64,000 nt of DNA from a virus (taxonomy: Duplodnaviria > Caudoviricetes): positions 25,379 to 89,378 of the IMG/VR virus record IMGVR_UViG_2806310702_000003. One strand, 5' to 3'. Below are positions 47,555-58,177 of this stretch, one piece after another (the first letter of the stretch is position 1; the number at the start of each line of letters is the position of its first letter). The translations under genes and the position numbers were made by a program. The notes beneath the pieces are model-generated. The model worked only from the letters and a program-made list of their open reading frames with translations, made no database searches and had not been told where the DNA came from.

Positions 47555-48057
47555 CTTTATTTTTGCGAATTAAATTTCATGAAAACTAACCAATGCGTCT
47601 TTGCTCTTTTATTTCCCAATAAAGGTTTATGATCTATAACCTTTAAAATTTCTTTTAGCTTTATTTGTTCCTCATTCCACTTAAAAATTAATACTCCATA
47701 GTTGTCTAAAACTCTCATGCATTCTTCAAACCCTTTTTTAATATCTATTGGCCAATCATTATTTAACTTTCCATATTTCTTGGCCAACCAAGAATTTTCT
47801 CCAACTTTAATTAAATGTGGTGGATCAAAAACTACTAGCTTGAAAGTATTATCTTTATATGGAATATGTCTAAAATCTCCTACCACATCTGGTTTAATTA
47901 TTAATTTTCTTCCGTCACATAATGTATCTTCCAATTCTCTATTATCCATAAAAATTGCATCTTTATTTTCTTTATCAAACCAAAACATTCTGCTTCCACA
48001 ACATACATCTAATATAGGCTTTTCCAAACTCTCACCCCTTCACAATCTACTATTTTT
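47555..48057. repeat. 503-bp direct repeat, copy 2
   Basis: Matches 1029-1531, offset 46,526 bp. Confidence 0.93.
47557..48027 (-). CDS. SAM-dependent methyltransferase, copy 2
   Basis: Translation identical to 1031-1501. Confidence 0.8.
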   Translation of the reverse strand: MEKPILDVCCGSRMFWFDKENKDAIFMDNRELEDTLCDGRKLIIKPDVVGDFRHIPYKDNTFKLVVFDPPHLIKVGENSWLAKKYGKLNNDWPIDIKKGFEECMRVLDNYGVLIFKWNEEQIKLKEILKVIDHKPLLGNKRAKTHWLVFMKFNSQK

Positions 48058-48062
48058 ACGTA

Positions 48063-48338
48063 TTAGCCAACATTCTTTAAATCAATATTTATTATCTCAT
48101 TCTCATTGTCTTTGTCTGTATATACTGCTTCAATTTCATAATCTCCATAGTCTCTAAACATAGTGTCATTTTCTCTTTCATCTACATCATTAACTTGTCT
48201 ATATTCAGCTAATCCTTTATGATCCACATCAAATATTTCAAATCTAATTGGCTTAGCAACTTCTAATAGTAAATCTACTCTTTGTGCTCTTAAAATTGGT
48301 CTTAGCTCTCTTAATTTCATGTTATAATTTCCTTTCAA
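48063..48338 (-). CDS. Hypothetical protein
   Basis: ORF with RBS. Confidence 0.55.
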   Translation of the reverse strand: MKGNYNMKLRELRPILRAQRVDLLLEVAKPIRFEIFDVDHKGLAEYRQVNDVDERENDTMFRDYGDYEIEAVYTDKDNENEIINIDLKNVG

Positions 48339-48343
48339 TTTTT

Positions 48344-48823
48344 TTATATATTAAATCTTTTTATTGCATCAAACTTATTGTATCTTTCTCCAGTAAGCTT
48401 TTTATATAAATAAGGGTTTTTAAATACCGCTACTTCTGGTAGTAACCCTTCTCTTTTATCTTTTGATGTATCCCAAGCTACACAATTTCTTGCTATAGTC
48501 TCTATTATTTCTTCAAGTGTTACTTCTCCTAACTTTTCTTCATAGTATTTTAATTTTTCTCTCACTTCTGCAAATCCAACTAAAGCATGATACATTGTGC
48601 AAGTAAATCTATCCTGATCCATAAATTCACCAAATTCTTCAGCATTACAGTAGCTATCATCATGTTCTATTCCATATAGCTTCTTATCTATTTTTCTTAT
48701 ATAATCTACTAAAGACATTTCTTCATCTTCTAGTCTTACATAAACTTCTTTGTTTTTAACAAACACACAATTATGCATATTTTCAATCACGCTTTGTGGC
48801 TTTTCAGTTATAATTTTTTTCAT
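48344..48823 (-). CDS. Hypothetical protein
   Basis: FAEVREKLKYYEE motif common in phage early proteins. Confidence 0.6.
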   Translation of the reverse strand: MKKIITEKPQSVIENMHNCVFVKNKEVYVRLEDEEMSLVDYIRKIDKKLYGIEHDDSYCNAEEFGEFMDQDRFTCTMYHALVGFAEVREKLKYYEEKLGEVTLEEIIETIARNCVAWDTSKDKREGLLPEVAVFKNPYLYKKLTGERYNKFDAIKRFNI

Positions 48824-49151
48824 TTTAATCTTTCACCTCATTTTTATTTATTCTAAAAACCTTATTATCAAAATTGTAACTATTAAATACTGAATGTAAA
48901 AATAAATTTATAAGACATAGACTCACTCCTTTTTTAAAATACCCTAATTGTTAGCAAGCAACCGGATCTAGCTTATATTATTCTATATACTATTTTGAAT
49001 TTTTAGTTTTCATCCTTTCTGCAATTTTGCTATTTAAAGTTTTTAAAAGTTCTTTCATTACTTCTTCTATACTTTCATTTTTCTGTTCATTCATTTTACT
49101 CACTTCCTTTTTTTAAATTACCCTAATTGTTAGTTTAGTGAGCAAATGGAT

Positions 49152-49982
49152 CTAGCTTATAAACTTCTGCATTCTATAATTATATTTTTCACCTTTAAAT
49201 ACTGTTATATTATCTCCACATCTTTCAACTATTCTACCTCCTTGCGCTTCATCAAATTGTTGTAATAATTCAGGAGTACATTCTGAACTGATTAATATTG
49301 GAAGATTATTTAAATATCTGTAATTAATTATTGGATAAAGATGTTTTATATCTGCTTCTTTTAATTCTCCTACTACTTCACCATTTCTTAATTTGTCTTT
49401 AAACAGATCATCAATTATTAATACTTTTGCTTTCATATATCCTCGTGAAATTTTCATATAATATTCATTGTCCATAGTTGTAGCTTTTAACTCTCTCATT
49501 ACTTCCACGTATGGCATGTAAAGCACTTGAATACCTTGCGAAATTAGAGCTGCTCCCATAGCTAAAAGTATATGTGTCTTTCCCGCACCTGGTTGGCCAA
49601 ACAATCCAAAACTATTTTCTTTAGTGTTCTTTATTTGTTCAAAATTCTTTATATATTTTATAGCCTTATCTTTAGCTATCTTTTGTAAATCATTTGTACA
49701 TATAAACTCATTTAATTTTTTTATATCTTTAGGATCAACTCCATATCTTTTCCAAAGATCTTTTAAATTTTGTCTTTTTATACATTCACATTGCCTGTAT
49801 GCTCCAGTAGATTTATTTAGTACCATTCCTACATTTTTACATATAGGACATACAGTTGTATTATTAAAAATCAATTTCTTCTTCACTATAGTCTGGTCCT
49901 TTGTATGGTCGATTGAAATTGTATTTGGATTTCTTACTTGTTGCATTATCCTTTCTAATGCTTCCATCTTTATCTTTTCCAT
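49152..49982 (-). CDS. DnaC/IstB-like helicase loader ATPase
   Basis: CPIC...CEC, GQPGAGKTH, LIIDDLFK, INYRYLN. Confidence 0.9.
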   Translation of the reverse strand: MEKIKMEALERIMQQVRNPNTISIDHTKDQTIVKKKLIFNNTTVCPICKNVGMVLNKSTGAYRQCECIKRQNLKDLWKRYGVDPKDIKKLNEFICTNDLQKIAKDKAIKYIKNFEQIKNTKENSFGLFGQPGAGKTHILLAMGAALISQGIQVLYMPYVEVMRELKATTMDNEYYMKISRGYMKAKVLIIDDLFKDKLRNGEVVGELKEADIKHLYPIINYRYLNNLPILISSECTPELLQQFDEAQGGRIVERCGDNITVFKGEKYNYRMQKFIS

Positions 49983-50751
49983 TCAACACAACCCCTTTCT
50001 TTTTTCTTTTCCATTCTTCTTCTAGTGCTTGTACGTCTTTAACAGTTTTAATATTATTCTTTAACCAGTTATTTAATATTCCTTTAACGTATTCTATGTT
50101 TCTTTTGTTTTTACTTACGGCTTTTTGTAGAGCCAACACTATTGCACTGGCTTCTATGCCGTCTTTTTCATAATTTTCCAGTATATCTTTTTCAAAAGGA
50201 GATATAAGATGAAAATTATTATTAAAAAAACTTAAATACTTACTATTTATCTTTGTATCTTTCTTTGTATCTTTATCTAATTCTATATCTATCTCTGTAT
50301 CTAACTCTATCTCTGGTGTACTTTCGTTGTACATTTGTACAACATTTGTACTAGTACCTTCTAATCGTTTTTTTTCCTCTTCTATTTTTCTTCTGAAATC
50401 CCTTACTCTATCTGCTTCTGTACTGGATTTCCCTATGAAATTTTGGATATCAAGCATATAAATTGTTCCATTATTTAGTATGTCTATTAATTTCAGTTGC
50501 TTAAATACTGCGATTGCTGTTCTTACAGTATCCACATCATGATTTGTTACAGCTGCAATCATCTCTTCATTATACGGAATGTATTCGTTAACTCGTAATG
50601 CTCCATTAAATTTCAATGACTTTAAATATAACTTCAATAAAATATTTGAATACTTATATCCATTTGTCATTTGTTCAAGAATTTTAATTTCTTCTGTATC
50701 AAAGAAATTTTCTTTTAACTTTAGATAATAATATTTTCTATTATCACTCAA
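49864..50751 (-). CDS. Phage replisome organizer with DnaD-like domain
   Basis: YYYLKLKENFFD, YVKGILNNW; internal repeats at 50250-50350. Confidence 0.88.
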   Translation of the reverse strand: MSDNRKYYYLKLKENFFDTEEIKILEQMTNGYKYSNILLKLYLKSLKFNGALRVNEYIPYNEEMIAAVTNHDVDTVRTAIAVFKQLKLIDILNNGTIYMLDIQNFIGKSSTEADRVRDFRRKIEEEKKRLEGTSTNVVQMYNESTPEIELDTEIDIELDKDTKKDTKINSKYLSFFNNNFHLISPFEKDILENYEKDGIEASAIVLALQKAVSKNKRNIEYVKGILNNWLKNNIKTVKDVQALEEEWKRKKKGVVLNGKDKDGSIRKDNATSKKSKYNFNRPYKGPDYSEEEIDF

Positions 50752-51003
50752 TTTTATGCCTCCTTGAATTTATCTGATGTTTAATTATTATAGTCGTTTT
50801 TTACTAAAAAGTTTTTTTATACTAAATTTTTTTAGCTCTAAAGATGTGGAGCTACTGTTAATAGAAATGCTTTTATTTTTAGATATGCATTTTTACTTAG
50901 AAATGTAATATATATATTAGATATACACATTTGTTAAAAAATATAATTAATTACTTATCTTTTTTAACATTTTTTAATGCTTCTTCTAGTGCTTCTAAGA
51001 TTT

Positions 51004-51210
51004 CTAACATTTTATGCCTCCTAACTTTTTTATTTCTGAAATTGATACATTATATATTTCAGATAGCTTTTTAGCACGTTCCTTTGTAAGATATCCTTCT
51101 CCAGTTTCAATTCTTGTAAAATGTCTACAACTTATTCCTAGCTTTTTTGCTACAAAGGAAGGTAGTATACCCTTTGATATCCTCAATTCGCGTAATGTTT
51201 TTACTGCCAT
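51004..51210 (-). CDS. Cro-like XRE protein
   Basis: LRELRISKGI...VAKKLGIS...RIETG; divergent from 51436. Confidence 0.8.
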   Translation of the reverse strand: MAVKTLRELRISKGILPSFVAKKLGISCRHFTRIETGEGYLTKERAKKLSEIYNVSISEIKKLGGIKC

Positions 51211-51435
51211 GGTTTACCTCCTTGTCTTTCATTGTCTATATTATGACAGAATTATAGACAAAAAGCAAACAAAGATATTCCTTTTTAATACCTTGAATTA
51301 TCCATTTTAACCGTATGTAGTTAATTTATCTTTGTTTGTCTTGAATTTTGTCAGCTTTTTATATATAAACACAACGTATTTTGTCTTGATTTCTGACATA
51401 GTATAATGTATAATATTATGTAGTGAGGTGATTAT

Positions 51436-51807
51436 GTGGAGTTAAAAGACAAAGTAAAAAAATACAGAAAAGAAAATGGATTAACTCAAAAACAGTTATC
51501 TGAATTGCTAGGGGTTTCCAGAACAAATGTGGCCGAAATTGAAAATGGAAGAATAAAAGGTACTGTGAAATTTATAACTAAAATGTCTGAAATAAGTAAT
51601 ACTCCAATAGCATATTGGAGTGGTGAGGAAATTGAAAATAACTACAAAACTTATGAAGCATTAGATGTTTTAATTGAAGCTATGTTAGATACTGAAATGA
51701 TTAAAAATGATGGTAAGATAAATGAAGCAGCACAAAAGCTTATAATAGCAGTTCTGGAAAAGGAAGTTAAATACAAAATTAAAAAAAGAAAAGAAGAGCA
51801 GGATTAA
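51436..51807 (+). CDS. CI-like XRE repressor (phage Y)
   Basis: YRKENGLTQKQLSELLGVSRTNVAEIENG. Confidence 0.85.
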   Translation: MELKDKVKKYRKENGLTQKQLSELLGVSRTNVAEIENGRIKGTVKFITKMSEISNTPIAYWSGEEIENNYKTYEALDVLIEAMLDTEMIKNDGKINEAAQKLIIAVLEKEVKYKIKKRKEEQD

Positions 51808-52420
51808 TTCCTACTCTTCTTTTCTTTTTCTTCTTCTCTTATTTTATTTAAACACTCTTCAAGTTTTTCTAATATTTCTTTCATACGTACCCCTCCTGAA
51901 CTTTGTTATATATATTATAGAAGAATAACTAATTTTTTTAACAATCTTCTAAAATTTTATTTGGAGGACTAGTCCTTATCTTTTGCGCATCTTTAATATA
52001 CATCTTTCTAGAAATATCTTCAAATAGATCTATTTGATAATCTGTTAATTTCATACTTCTTAAATTACTTCGTAAAATGCTGCTAATATTAAGCACTTTT
52101 TTTATTTTTGCATGCTATAAAAAATTTTTTCCTTCATAATAGTTTGATTTTATGAAATAAAACATTATTAATAATTTTATTAATATTTAAGTATACTTAT
52201 GTGAATATTATCTAATATGCATTTTTTATTATTATATTTTACTAAGTTGTAAAAAAACTAGTTCTTATTACAAAATTATTATATCATAGCTAAATATTCC
52301 TAACGGGAATATTTTTAGATTTTTTACTACAAATTTCAACATTTTTTATATTGTAATTTAATTATTTTTGGGGTTAAGATTTAATAAAATTGAATTTTAC
52401 AAAATATTTAATGAGGTGTT

Positions 52421-52618
52421 ATGTATAAAGAATTAATTTTTAATTTGAAAGAGAAACGATTAGAAGCTAAAATGTCTCAGAAATATTTATCAAGATTGAG
52501 TGGCATAAGTCAAAGTTACATTTCAAAATTAGAACAAGGATTGAAAAGTCCCACATTGAGAACTGTAAATAGACTAGCTTATATTCTAGATATAAATCCA
52601 TTAGAATTATTTAAATAA
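52421..52618 (+). CDS. Small XRE HTH protein
   Basis: MSQKYLSRLSGISQSYISKLEQGLKSPT. Confidence 0.85.
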   Translation: MYKELIFNLKEKRLEAKMSQKYLSRLSGISQSYISKLEQGLKSPTLRTVNRLAYILDINPLELFK

Positions 52619-52701
52619 TACACTTTTAGTGCTGTACCGTACATCACCAAACTTACAAGTGTATCACTTTTATATATAATCTTTTTATGGAGGTGGTACG
52701 C

Positions 52702-52866
52702 TTGATAAAAAAAGAAAATGCTAGAGTTTCCGTTACTATTTCTAAAAAATTATTAGAGAAAATTAAATATACTGCTGAGTATGAAGATAGATCTGTAAGT
52801 TATATAATATCTAAAATATTAGAAAAATATTATAATGAAGAAAATACTATATATGAGGATGAATAA
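52702..52866 (+). CDS. CopG/RHH protein (54 aa, not in ORF track)
   Basis: RVSVTISKKLLEKI...EDRSVSYII; RBS GGAGGTG. Confidence 0.65.
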   Translation: MIKKENARVSVTISKKLLEKIKYTAEYEDRSVSYIISKILEKYYNEENTIYEDE

Positions 52867-52868
52867 TA

Positions 52869-53597
52869 ATGTTTAAATTTTTAAAAAAGCTATTTAATAA
52901 TAATATAAAAAATAATATTAAAACATATGAATATGCATTTGATACTACAAATATTCCTGAAAACTTTGAATTAAAATATGAATTTAAAAATGCAAAAGTT
53001 TATGGTGTCCAATATTGTAATCCGGATAAAAGTAAGTTAGAACATGATTTTGTAAATCTTATATTTGAAAAAAATAAATTTGATAAAATGGCGATTAAAG
53101 TTACTCAAAATAATATTAAATTAGGATACCTATCACGATATGACAGACCTAGACTGCTTACTCATACATTTTATAAAGAGCATGGTTTAGTAATAGCTAA
53201 GCTTAAAAGAATTAATAAAAAAACTATCTCTATTGATATGTTCTTTTATGATGATAAAAATAAAATATATAACGATATAGAAACTAAATTAATAAAAACA
53301 TATACTAAAGACAGACAAGCAGCTCTTGAATTTATGAATTCTGGCGACAGGTTAAATGTTCAATATAATTTTAATACTGAAGCTTATGATGTATTTAATG
53401 ATATTGGTGAATCATTAGGTGAATTAAACAAAGGTTTAAGTAAAAAGTTATACAGTCTAAATATATCTGATGATAATATATACTGTGATATTGCATATAA
53501 ACACAGTGATTTAAAAGATATTGATGATCCAGACTCAAAAGTATATGGTGCTGATTTAATTGTAAGCTATATATCCAAAACTAATACGCTAGATTAA
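52869..53597 (+). CDS. HIRAN-like domain protein
   Basis: VYGVQY...NKFDKMAIKV...LGYLSR; second similar half. Confidence 0.6.
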   Translation: MFKFLKKLFNNNIKNNIKTYEYAFDTTNIPENFELKYEFKNAKVYGVQYCNPDKSKLEHDFVNLIFEKNKFDKMAIKVTQNNIKLGYLSRYDRPRLLTHTFYKEHGLVIAKLKRINKKTISIDMFFYDDKNKIYNDIETKLIKTYTKDRQAALEFMNSGDRLNVQYNFNTEAYDVFNDIGESLGELNKGLSKKLYSLNISDDNIYCDIAYKHSDLKDIDDPDSKVYGADLIVSYISKTNTLD

Positions 53598-53615
53598 TTC
53601 TAGTGTTTTTTATTA

Positions 53616-54473
53616 TTACCATCCAAGCAGCTTATCTTCTAAGTCTTTTAAATCTTCTCTAGAATATTCTCTTTGAGGATAGTTATTAAAAGTATCTTCT
53701 TTACTGTACTGTTTAAATGCATTAACACGTTCTTTGTAATATCTTTCTCTAGCATTCTCTATAGCTTTAGCAACATAGTTATAAGCGTGTTTTTTAGATA
53801 CACTAGTAGCGTAGTTTAATACAGACATAACATATCCTTTTATTCTAGAACTTCTAACACGCATGATCTTAAACATCTTTTCTATTATTTTTAACATTTC
53901 TTCTGTAGTAGATATTTTTTCTTGCTCTTTTATATAGTTTTCATAAACAGTATTAGTCATTTCAGTTGCATCACAACTGTTTAAAGTATCTATATCTTTA
54001 ATAGTAGTGTTTATATTATAGTCTTTATGGACATTCTCAATTGTTTCTATTGTAGTCGTATCAATACTTTGAGATGTGTTTTTGATAGTGCATTTCTCAG
54101 TACATTTTTTTGATTTGAAAAAGTTAGGGCTTATGGATCCATCTTCATTTAATATATATTTATTTGCATTATTAGACTCTCTTTTAACTAATAATAATTT
54201 TGCTTCTTCTAATTTTAAAAGCCATCTTAATACAGTAGTTGATGAAACTTTTTTATAAGTAGTATTATTCTTACTAGCAGTTTTAGATTGCTTTCTATTC
54301 CACATTTTTGTTAAAGATTCTTTGCTTATATTTATTTCTTTTGATTTAGACATATTGATAAGATAAGCATAAAAGGACATTAACTGTAGTTTCTTTTTAC
54401 CATTTCTGAAATGCTTATTGAATTGATATTTAGTATATCTTTTGAATTGATATATGTATTGTTGTTTTTTCAT
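53616..54473 (-). CDS. Replication initiator (plasmid-state Rep candidate, phage Y)
   Basis: HTH-like region; C-terminal FNNYPQREY...LEDKLLGW as in 3216-4175; same leader architecture. Confidence 0.65.
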   Translation of the reverse strand: MKKQQYIYQFKRYTKYQFNKHFRNGKKKLQLMSFYAYLINMSKSKEINISKESLTKMWNRKQSKTASKNNTTYKKVSSTTVLRWLLKLEEAKLLLVKRESNNANKYILNEDGSISPNFFKSKKCTEKCTIKNTSQSIDTTTIETIENVHKDYNINTTIKDIDTLNSCDATEMTNTVYENYIKEQEKISTTEEMLKIIEKMFKIMRVRSSRIKGYVMSVLNYATSVSKKHAYNYVAKAIENARERYYKERVNAFKQYSKEDTFNNYPQREYSREDLKDLEDKLLGW

Positions 54474-54573
54474 AATAAAAACCTCCTAAGATTTGTACTA
54501 AAATAACTAGTAAAAATCCTAAAAGGTTTTTAAAAACTATTGCATTATATGAATACTTAATATATAATAATCA

Positions 54574-54670
54574 TATAATTTAGTTATGAAAACTTATTAG
54601 TTTTTACTTGGAATCCGTATCGATTAGATTGTTTGGCGACGGTTAAATCGATGCGGATGTGTTATTTTTT
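54574..54670 (+). ncRNA. Putative antisense RNA in the rep leader, copy 2
   Basis: TTGCAT-17-TATAAT at 54540-54568; hairpin 54613-54658 plus T-tract. Confidence 0.55.
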
Positions 54671-54811
54671 GTACATTTATTTAAATAACGCAACCGTTTT
54701 ATATTTGTTTTTATGTATTTATATTACATTATAAATACGAATATTGCAATATATTGTGGATAACTTTCTCATTTTTTTTAAAGATATAGAAAGTTATCTA
54801 CAAATTTTATT

Positions 54812-57136
54812 TTAATGTATTGAAGGTGGTAGTTGAGTTATAAATTTTGACCAACCATCTTCATACTTTATTAAATTTAAACTGTTATATCTTTTAAGAT
54901 TTAATAGATCTTCTAATTGATATGGATATAATTCTTCTTTAAGTTCGTTGTAGTTATCTTTATCACATCCAGATATAAGCATATAGGAACTGTTAGCTGC
55001 TTTAAGCTCATTTCTTATGTTTTTTATTTGACCCAAATAATGGCATGATATTATAGGTTTACATGAAAACTTTGCTATTTGACTTAATTTGCTTCTTAAA
55101 AAATTTTGACAATTAGGAACTTGATATAATTCATCAAACACTATATTAACTTTAATTCTATCGTTAGAATTGGGTATATTCCATTTTCTAACTTGTAAAG
55201 TTCCCCAGATTTTAGTTAACCAGTAAGTACAATATATATCTTTTTCCTGTTCAGTTGAAAACATTATTTCAGGCATACGAATACAAATTAATTGTGATTT
55301 TTGTATTTCATCTACTAAATTAATATTATTTTCGCAATCCTTTTTAAGCATAAGTTCCATATAGGTATTTTGTTTTAATTTAACAAATCTATTTAATATA
55401 CCTTGAATATAACTAATCTTAGTTCCAGTAATTTCCCTTGGACAGTCTTTTGTAGGTTTAGACCACTCATCTAGTTCTTTCAATGCTCTTATATATTCTT
55501 CTAAATTGTTTTCTTGATCTTTTGGAATATTATCTATAAAATTATGTCTTATTATATGATCTTGTAATACATCAAATACATTTTTAATGCTTCCATTTGA
55601 TATAAATACAACTAAAGCAGCAGCTTCTAAATACCTTTCCATTCTTGCTTTAAGATCTTCATTATCACTTAGTGCATTAATAAGTGTCATAAGTTGTACT
55701 GTTTTAGCTTTAGCACATCTATATATTTCAAATACATTTTTATTTAAAGGAGTTATTTCGTTATATCCTAAACCTTGTAGATTATCAAAATTACTGCAAT
55801 CTATATTTAAAACTTTATTTTTTTTTATAGATTTTGATACGTCATTAGATAAATCACAGTTACCACAAAAATCAAACAGTATAGTACATTCCCCTGCATT
55901 AATACTATCTTTAGATAAATTAGATATAAGAGTAGTTTTACCTGATCTAGTTGGCCCTATTAAACATAATGTTAAATTTTTAAATTCTTTATCATTAGAT
56001 AAATATGCTTTTTTCTTATTTCCTTTATATTCACTCACCCCTATACACATAGTACCTTGTTCTAATTCTTTAGGTATAGGACTTTCTAATACATCTATTT
56101 TAGAAATACATTTATGCTCATCTAATAATTCTCTTCCTGGAAGTTGTAAAAAATTTTGACATTCTTCAATACTTGTTTTATTTATAGCTGCATCAGATAA
56201 TTTAAAATTAGTATAATTAATATTAGTTTTAAACTTTTTATATGTTAATTCATTATCATCACTTATACTTTTAAAAGCTTCTGTTATGGCTAGTGCATTA
56301 TTATATTTTCTATTAATATCAGGACTATCGCTTTGAATAACTATTTGTGTATTTATAATATTAGTATCTTTTTTCTTTTGTGTGGACTTAGATATTTCTC
56401 TTTTATCATTTATTATTAGACTATTTAATATGTTTTCTATTAAATTTACTTTATCTTCTTTTTTGGTATTAAAAAGTTCTTCAAAACCTTCAGCAAATCC
56501 TTGTATTATCTCTAGTATTGTGGTTAATATAAGTTTTAATATATATAAAGGAGATACTATTTCATTTAAAACAGATTCACCATTTTTTATTTTTTGAATA
56601 GTGTGTTTATATCTTTTAGTCCAATTTTTTTCACTAGTTGGCATGAAATTATATAGAATACCAACCCTATCATCTGTATTTATTATATTTAAAGTATTAA
56701 GGATACTATTAAGAGGTTCATTAGATTTTTTATCTAGTTTTAAAGATAATGCATCTTCATATTTGTAATAAAGATAGTATCTCAAAGCATCTTTTGAAAA
56801 GTTGGGTATAGTATCTACTGTTTCAATTGTTATCTTAGACCATGTTTCTGTTAATTTTTCTTTAAATAATGATTGATATGCATCTGGAACAATAAAGTAA
56901 AAATCAACCTTATTTTTCATAATATCTATATAAAAGCTGCACTTTAAAGGTGCTTCTATATTCCATGTTTTTTTATCTTTACGTATTCTATTTTTCATAT
57001 CTTTATATAGTGAGTTAATTGTATTTGCAATATTGCTAGAATTGTAATTTCTTATAGATGTATCTGGAATTAATTTTAAGATTATATAAGTTGGATGAAT
57101 TATTTTAAAATATTGACTTAGTTTAATAGTTTTCAT
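54812..57136 (-). CDS. VirB4/TraG-like P-loop ATPase, copy 2
   Basis: Walker A GPTRSGKT, Walker B VFDE; shares EDLLNLKRYxSLNLIK with copy 1. Confidence 0.75.
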   Translation of the reverse strand: MKTIKLSQYFKIIHPTYIILKLIPDTSIRNYNSSNIANTINSLYKDMKNRIRKDKKTWNIEAPLKCSFYIDIMKNKVDFYFIVPDAYQSLFKEKLTETWSKITIETVDTIPNFSKDALRYYLYYKYEDALSLKLDKKSNEPLNSILNTLNIINTDDRVGILYNFMPTSEKNWTKRYKHTIQKIKNGESVLNEIVSPLYILKLILTTILEIIQGFAEGFEELFNTKKEDKVNLIENILNSLIINDKREISKSTQKKKDTNIINTQIVIQSDSPDINRKYNNALAITEAFKSISDDNELTYKKFKTNINYTNFKLSDAAINKTSIEECQNFLQLPGRELLDEHKCISKIDVLESPIPKELEQGTMCIGVSEYKGNKKKAYLSNDKEFKNLTLCLIGPTRSGKTTLISNLSKDSINAGECTILFDFCGNCDLSNDVSKSIKKNKVLNIDCSNFDNLQGLGYNEITPLNKNVFEIYRCAKAKTVQLMTLINALSDNEDLKARMERYLEAAALVVFISNGSIKNVFDVLQDHIIRHNFIDNIPKDQENNLEEYIRALKELDEWSKPTKDCPREITGTKISYIQGILNRFVKLKQNTYMELMLKKDCENNINLVDEIQKSQLICIRMPEIMFSTEQEKDIYCTYWLTKIWGTLQVRKWNIPNSNDRIKVNIVFDELYQVPNCQNFLRSKLSQIAKFSCKPIISCHYLGQIKNIRNELKAANSSYMLISGCDKDNYNELKEELYPYQLEDLLNLKRYNSLNLIKYEDGWSKFITQLPPSIH

Positions 57137-57468
57137 AATGCTACTCCTATTATATTAACTATGGCATATCCCATTAAAGTCCATCCAGATAATTTAAGAC
57201 CTTTTTTCCAACCAGAAGCCCACAATATTATACCTATACTTCCTACGCAAACTGCAACAGGATAACTTATTGTAAATAAGCCAATCCAAATATTTCTAGG
57301 GTGCAGTAAATAATGATTAATATTATCTATTATATTAAATAATTTTGTTAGCTTTTCATTAAGCTCTTTTAAAATTCCTATATGATTTATCAAAGGCTCT
57401 TTCAATGTATTGCTCGGAGTTACATATTTTCCTCTTTCAATTAATTCTTCTAAACAATTTATAAACAT
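57133..57468 (-). CDS. Small membrane protein
   Basis: HP..W...SY..A...G.KKG.K pattern shared with 8483-8761. Confidence 0.65.
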   Translation of the reverse strand: MFINCLEELIERGKYVTPSNTLKEPLINHIGILKELNEKLTKLFNIIDNINHYLLHPRNIWIGLFTISYPVAVCVGSIGIILWASGWKKGLKLSGWTLMGYAIVNIIGVAL

Positions 57469-57478
57469 TATATACCTC

Positions 57479-57856
57479 CTAGCCTAGTGATTTAATTAAA
57501 TCTAAAGCATGAAGAAATAAAACAAGACAAGCAAATCCTATGCCATATTTAGTTACTACTTTTATAACATCCTTAGTTTCCCCTTGTGTAACTTCTGTAA
57601 GTATATCTTTTCCTCCATAGATTGCAATTACCCAGTAGCCTATAAGCAATAATAATTTCCAAAATGCTTTTCCTATATTATCTGCTTTTTCTAATGCAGT
57701 AGCTAAATCATTTGCATAAACAGTTTGAGTGAATGCATCACATGTCATACCTAAGAAAAAAGTTTTATATAAAATATCTTTAATTATTTTTTTGAATTTT
57801 ATTTTTTTATTATCATAAGTTTTATTTTTTTTACAATACATAAAAATAATTTTCAT
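57479..57856 (-). CDS. Membrane protein, TrbC/VirB2 pilin-like topology
   Basis: VYA site, IGYW...QGETK...TKY shared with 8754-9164. Confidence 0.55.
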   Translation of the reverse strand: MKIIFMYCKKNKTYDNKKIKFKKIIKDILYKTFFLGMTCDAFTQTVYANDLATALEKADNIGKAFWKLLLLIGYWVIAIYGGKDILTEVTQGETKDVIKVVTKYGIGFACLVLFLHALDLIKSLG

Positions 57857-57866
57857 AAAATCCTCC

Positions 57867-57895
57867 GTATAAAATTATTAAAAAAGGTAAAACTA
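57867..57895 (+). promoter_or_regulatory. SigF/SigG-like promoter
   Basis: GTATA-14-GGTAAAACTA; equivalent GCATA-14-GTAAATAATA at 9161-9189. Confidence 0.55.
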
Positions 57896-57927
57896 ATATT
57901 AAGGATTAATTTAGAGAGGTGTTAAAC

Positions 57928-57990
57928 ATGTTTTGGGTTGGTATAGGATTAGTTGCTATTTCAAGTACAGTTTTAACTTTTTGCTATTAA
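57928..57990 (+). CDS. 20-aa hydrophobic micropeptide MFWVGIGLVAISSTVLTFCY
   Basis: RBS GAGGTG; positional counterpart of 9223-9306. Confidence 0.55.
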   Translation: MFWVGIGLVAISSTVLTFCY

Positions 57991-57992
57991 AT

Positions 57993-58150
57993 TGTAAACA
58001 ATATGTTAATTATCAAATAGTAAGTCGCAAAACAGTAAACTTTTAAAAGTCTATTGCATACGCTAGAAGTGTAAGCGAGTAAGCGTAGCACGAAGCACAC
58101 TTATAGCTTTTATGCCACAAGTCTAACCATCTGTGTTGGACTTATTTTTT
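57993..58150. other. Conserved non-coding element, copy 2
   Basis: Collinear blocks shared with 9302-9455. Confidence 0.75.
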
Positions 58151-58177
58151 ATGCTAAAATGCATAAATTAGCATAAA

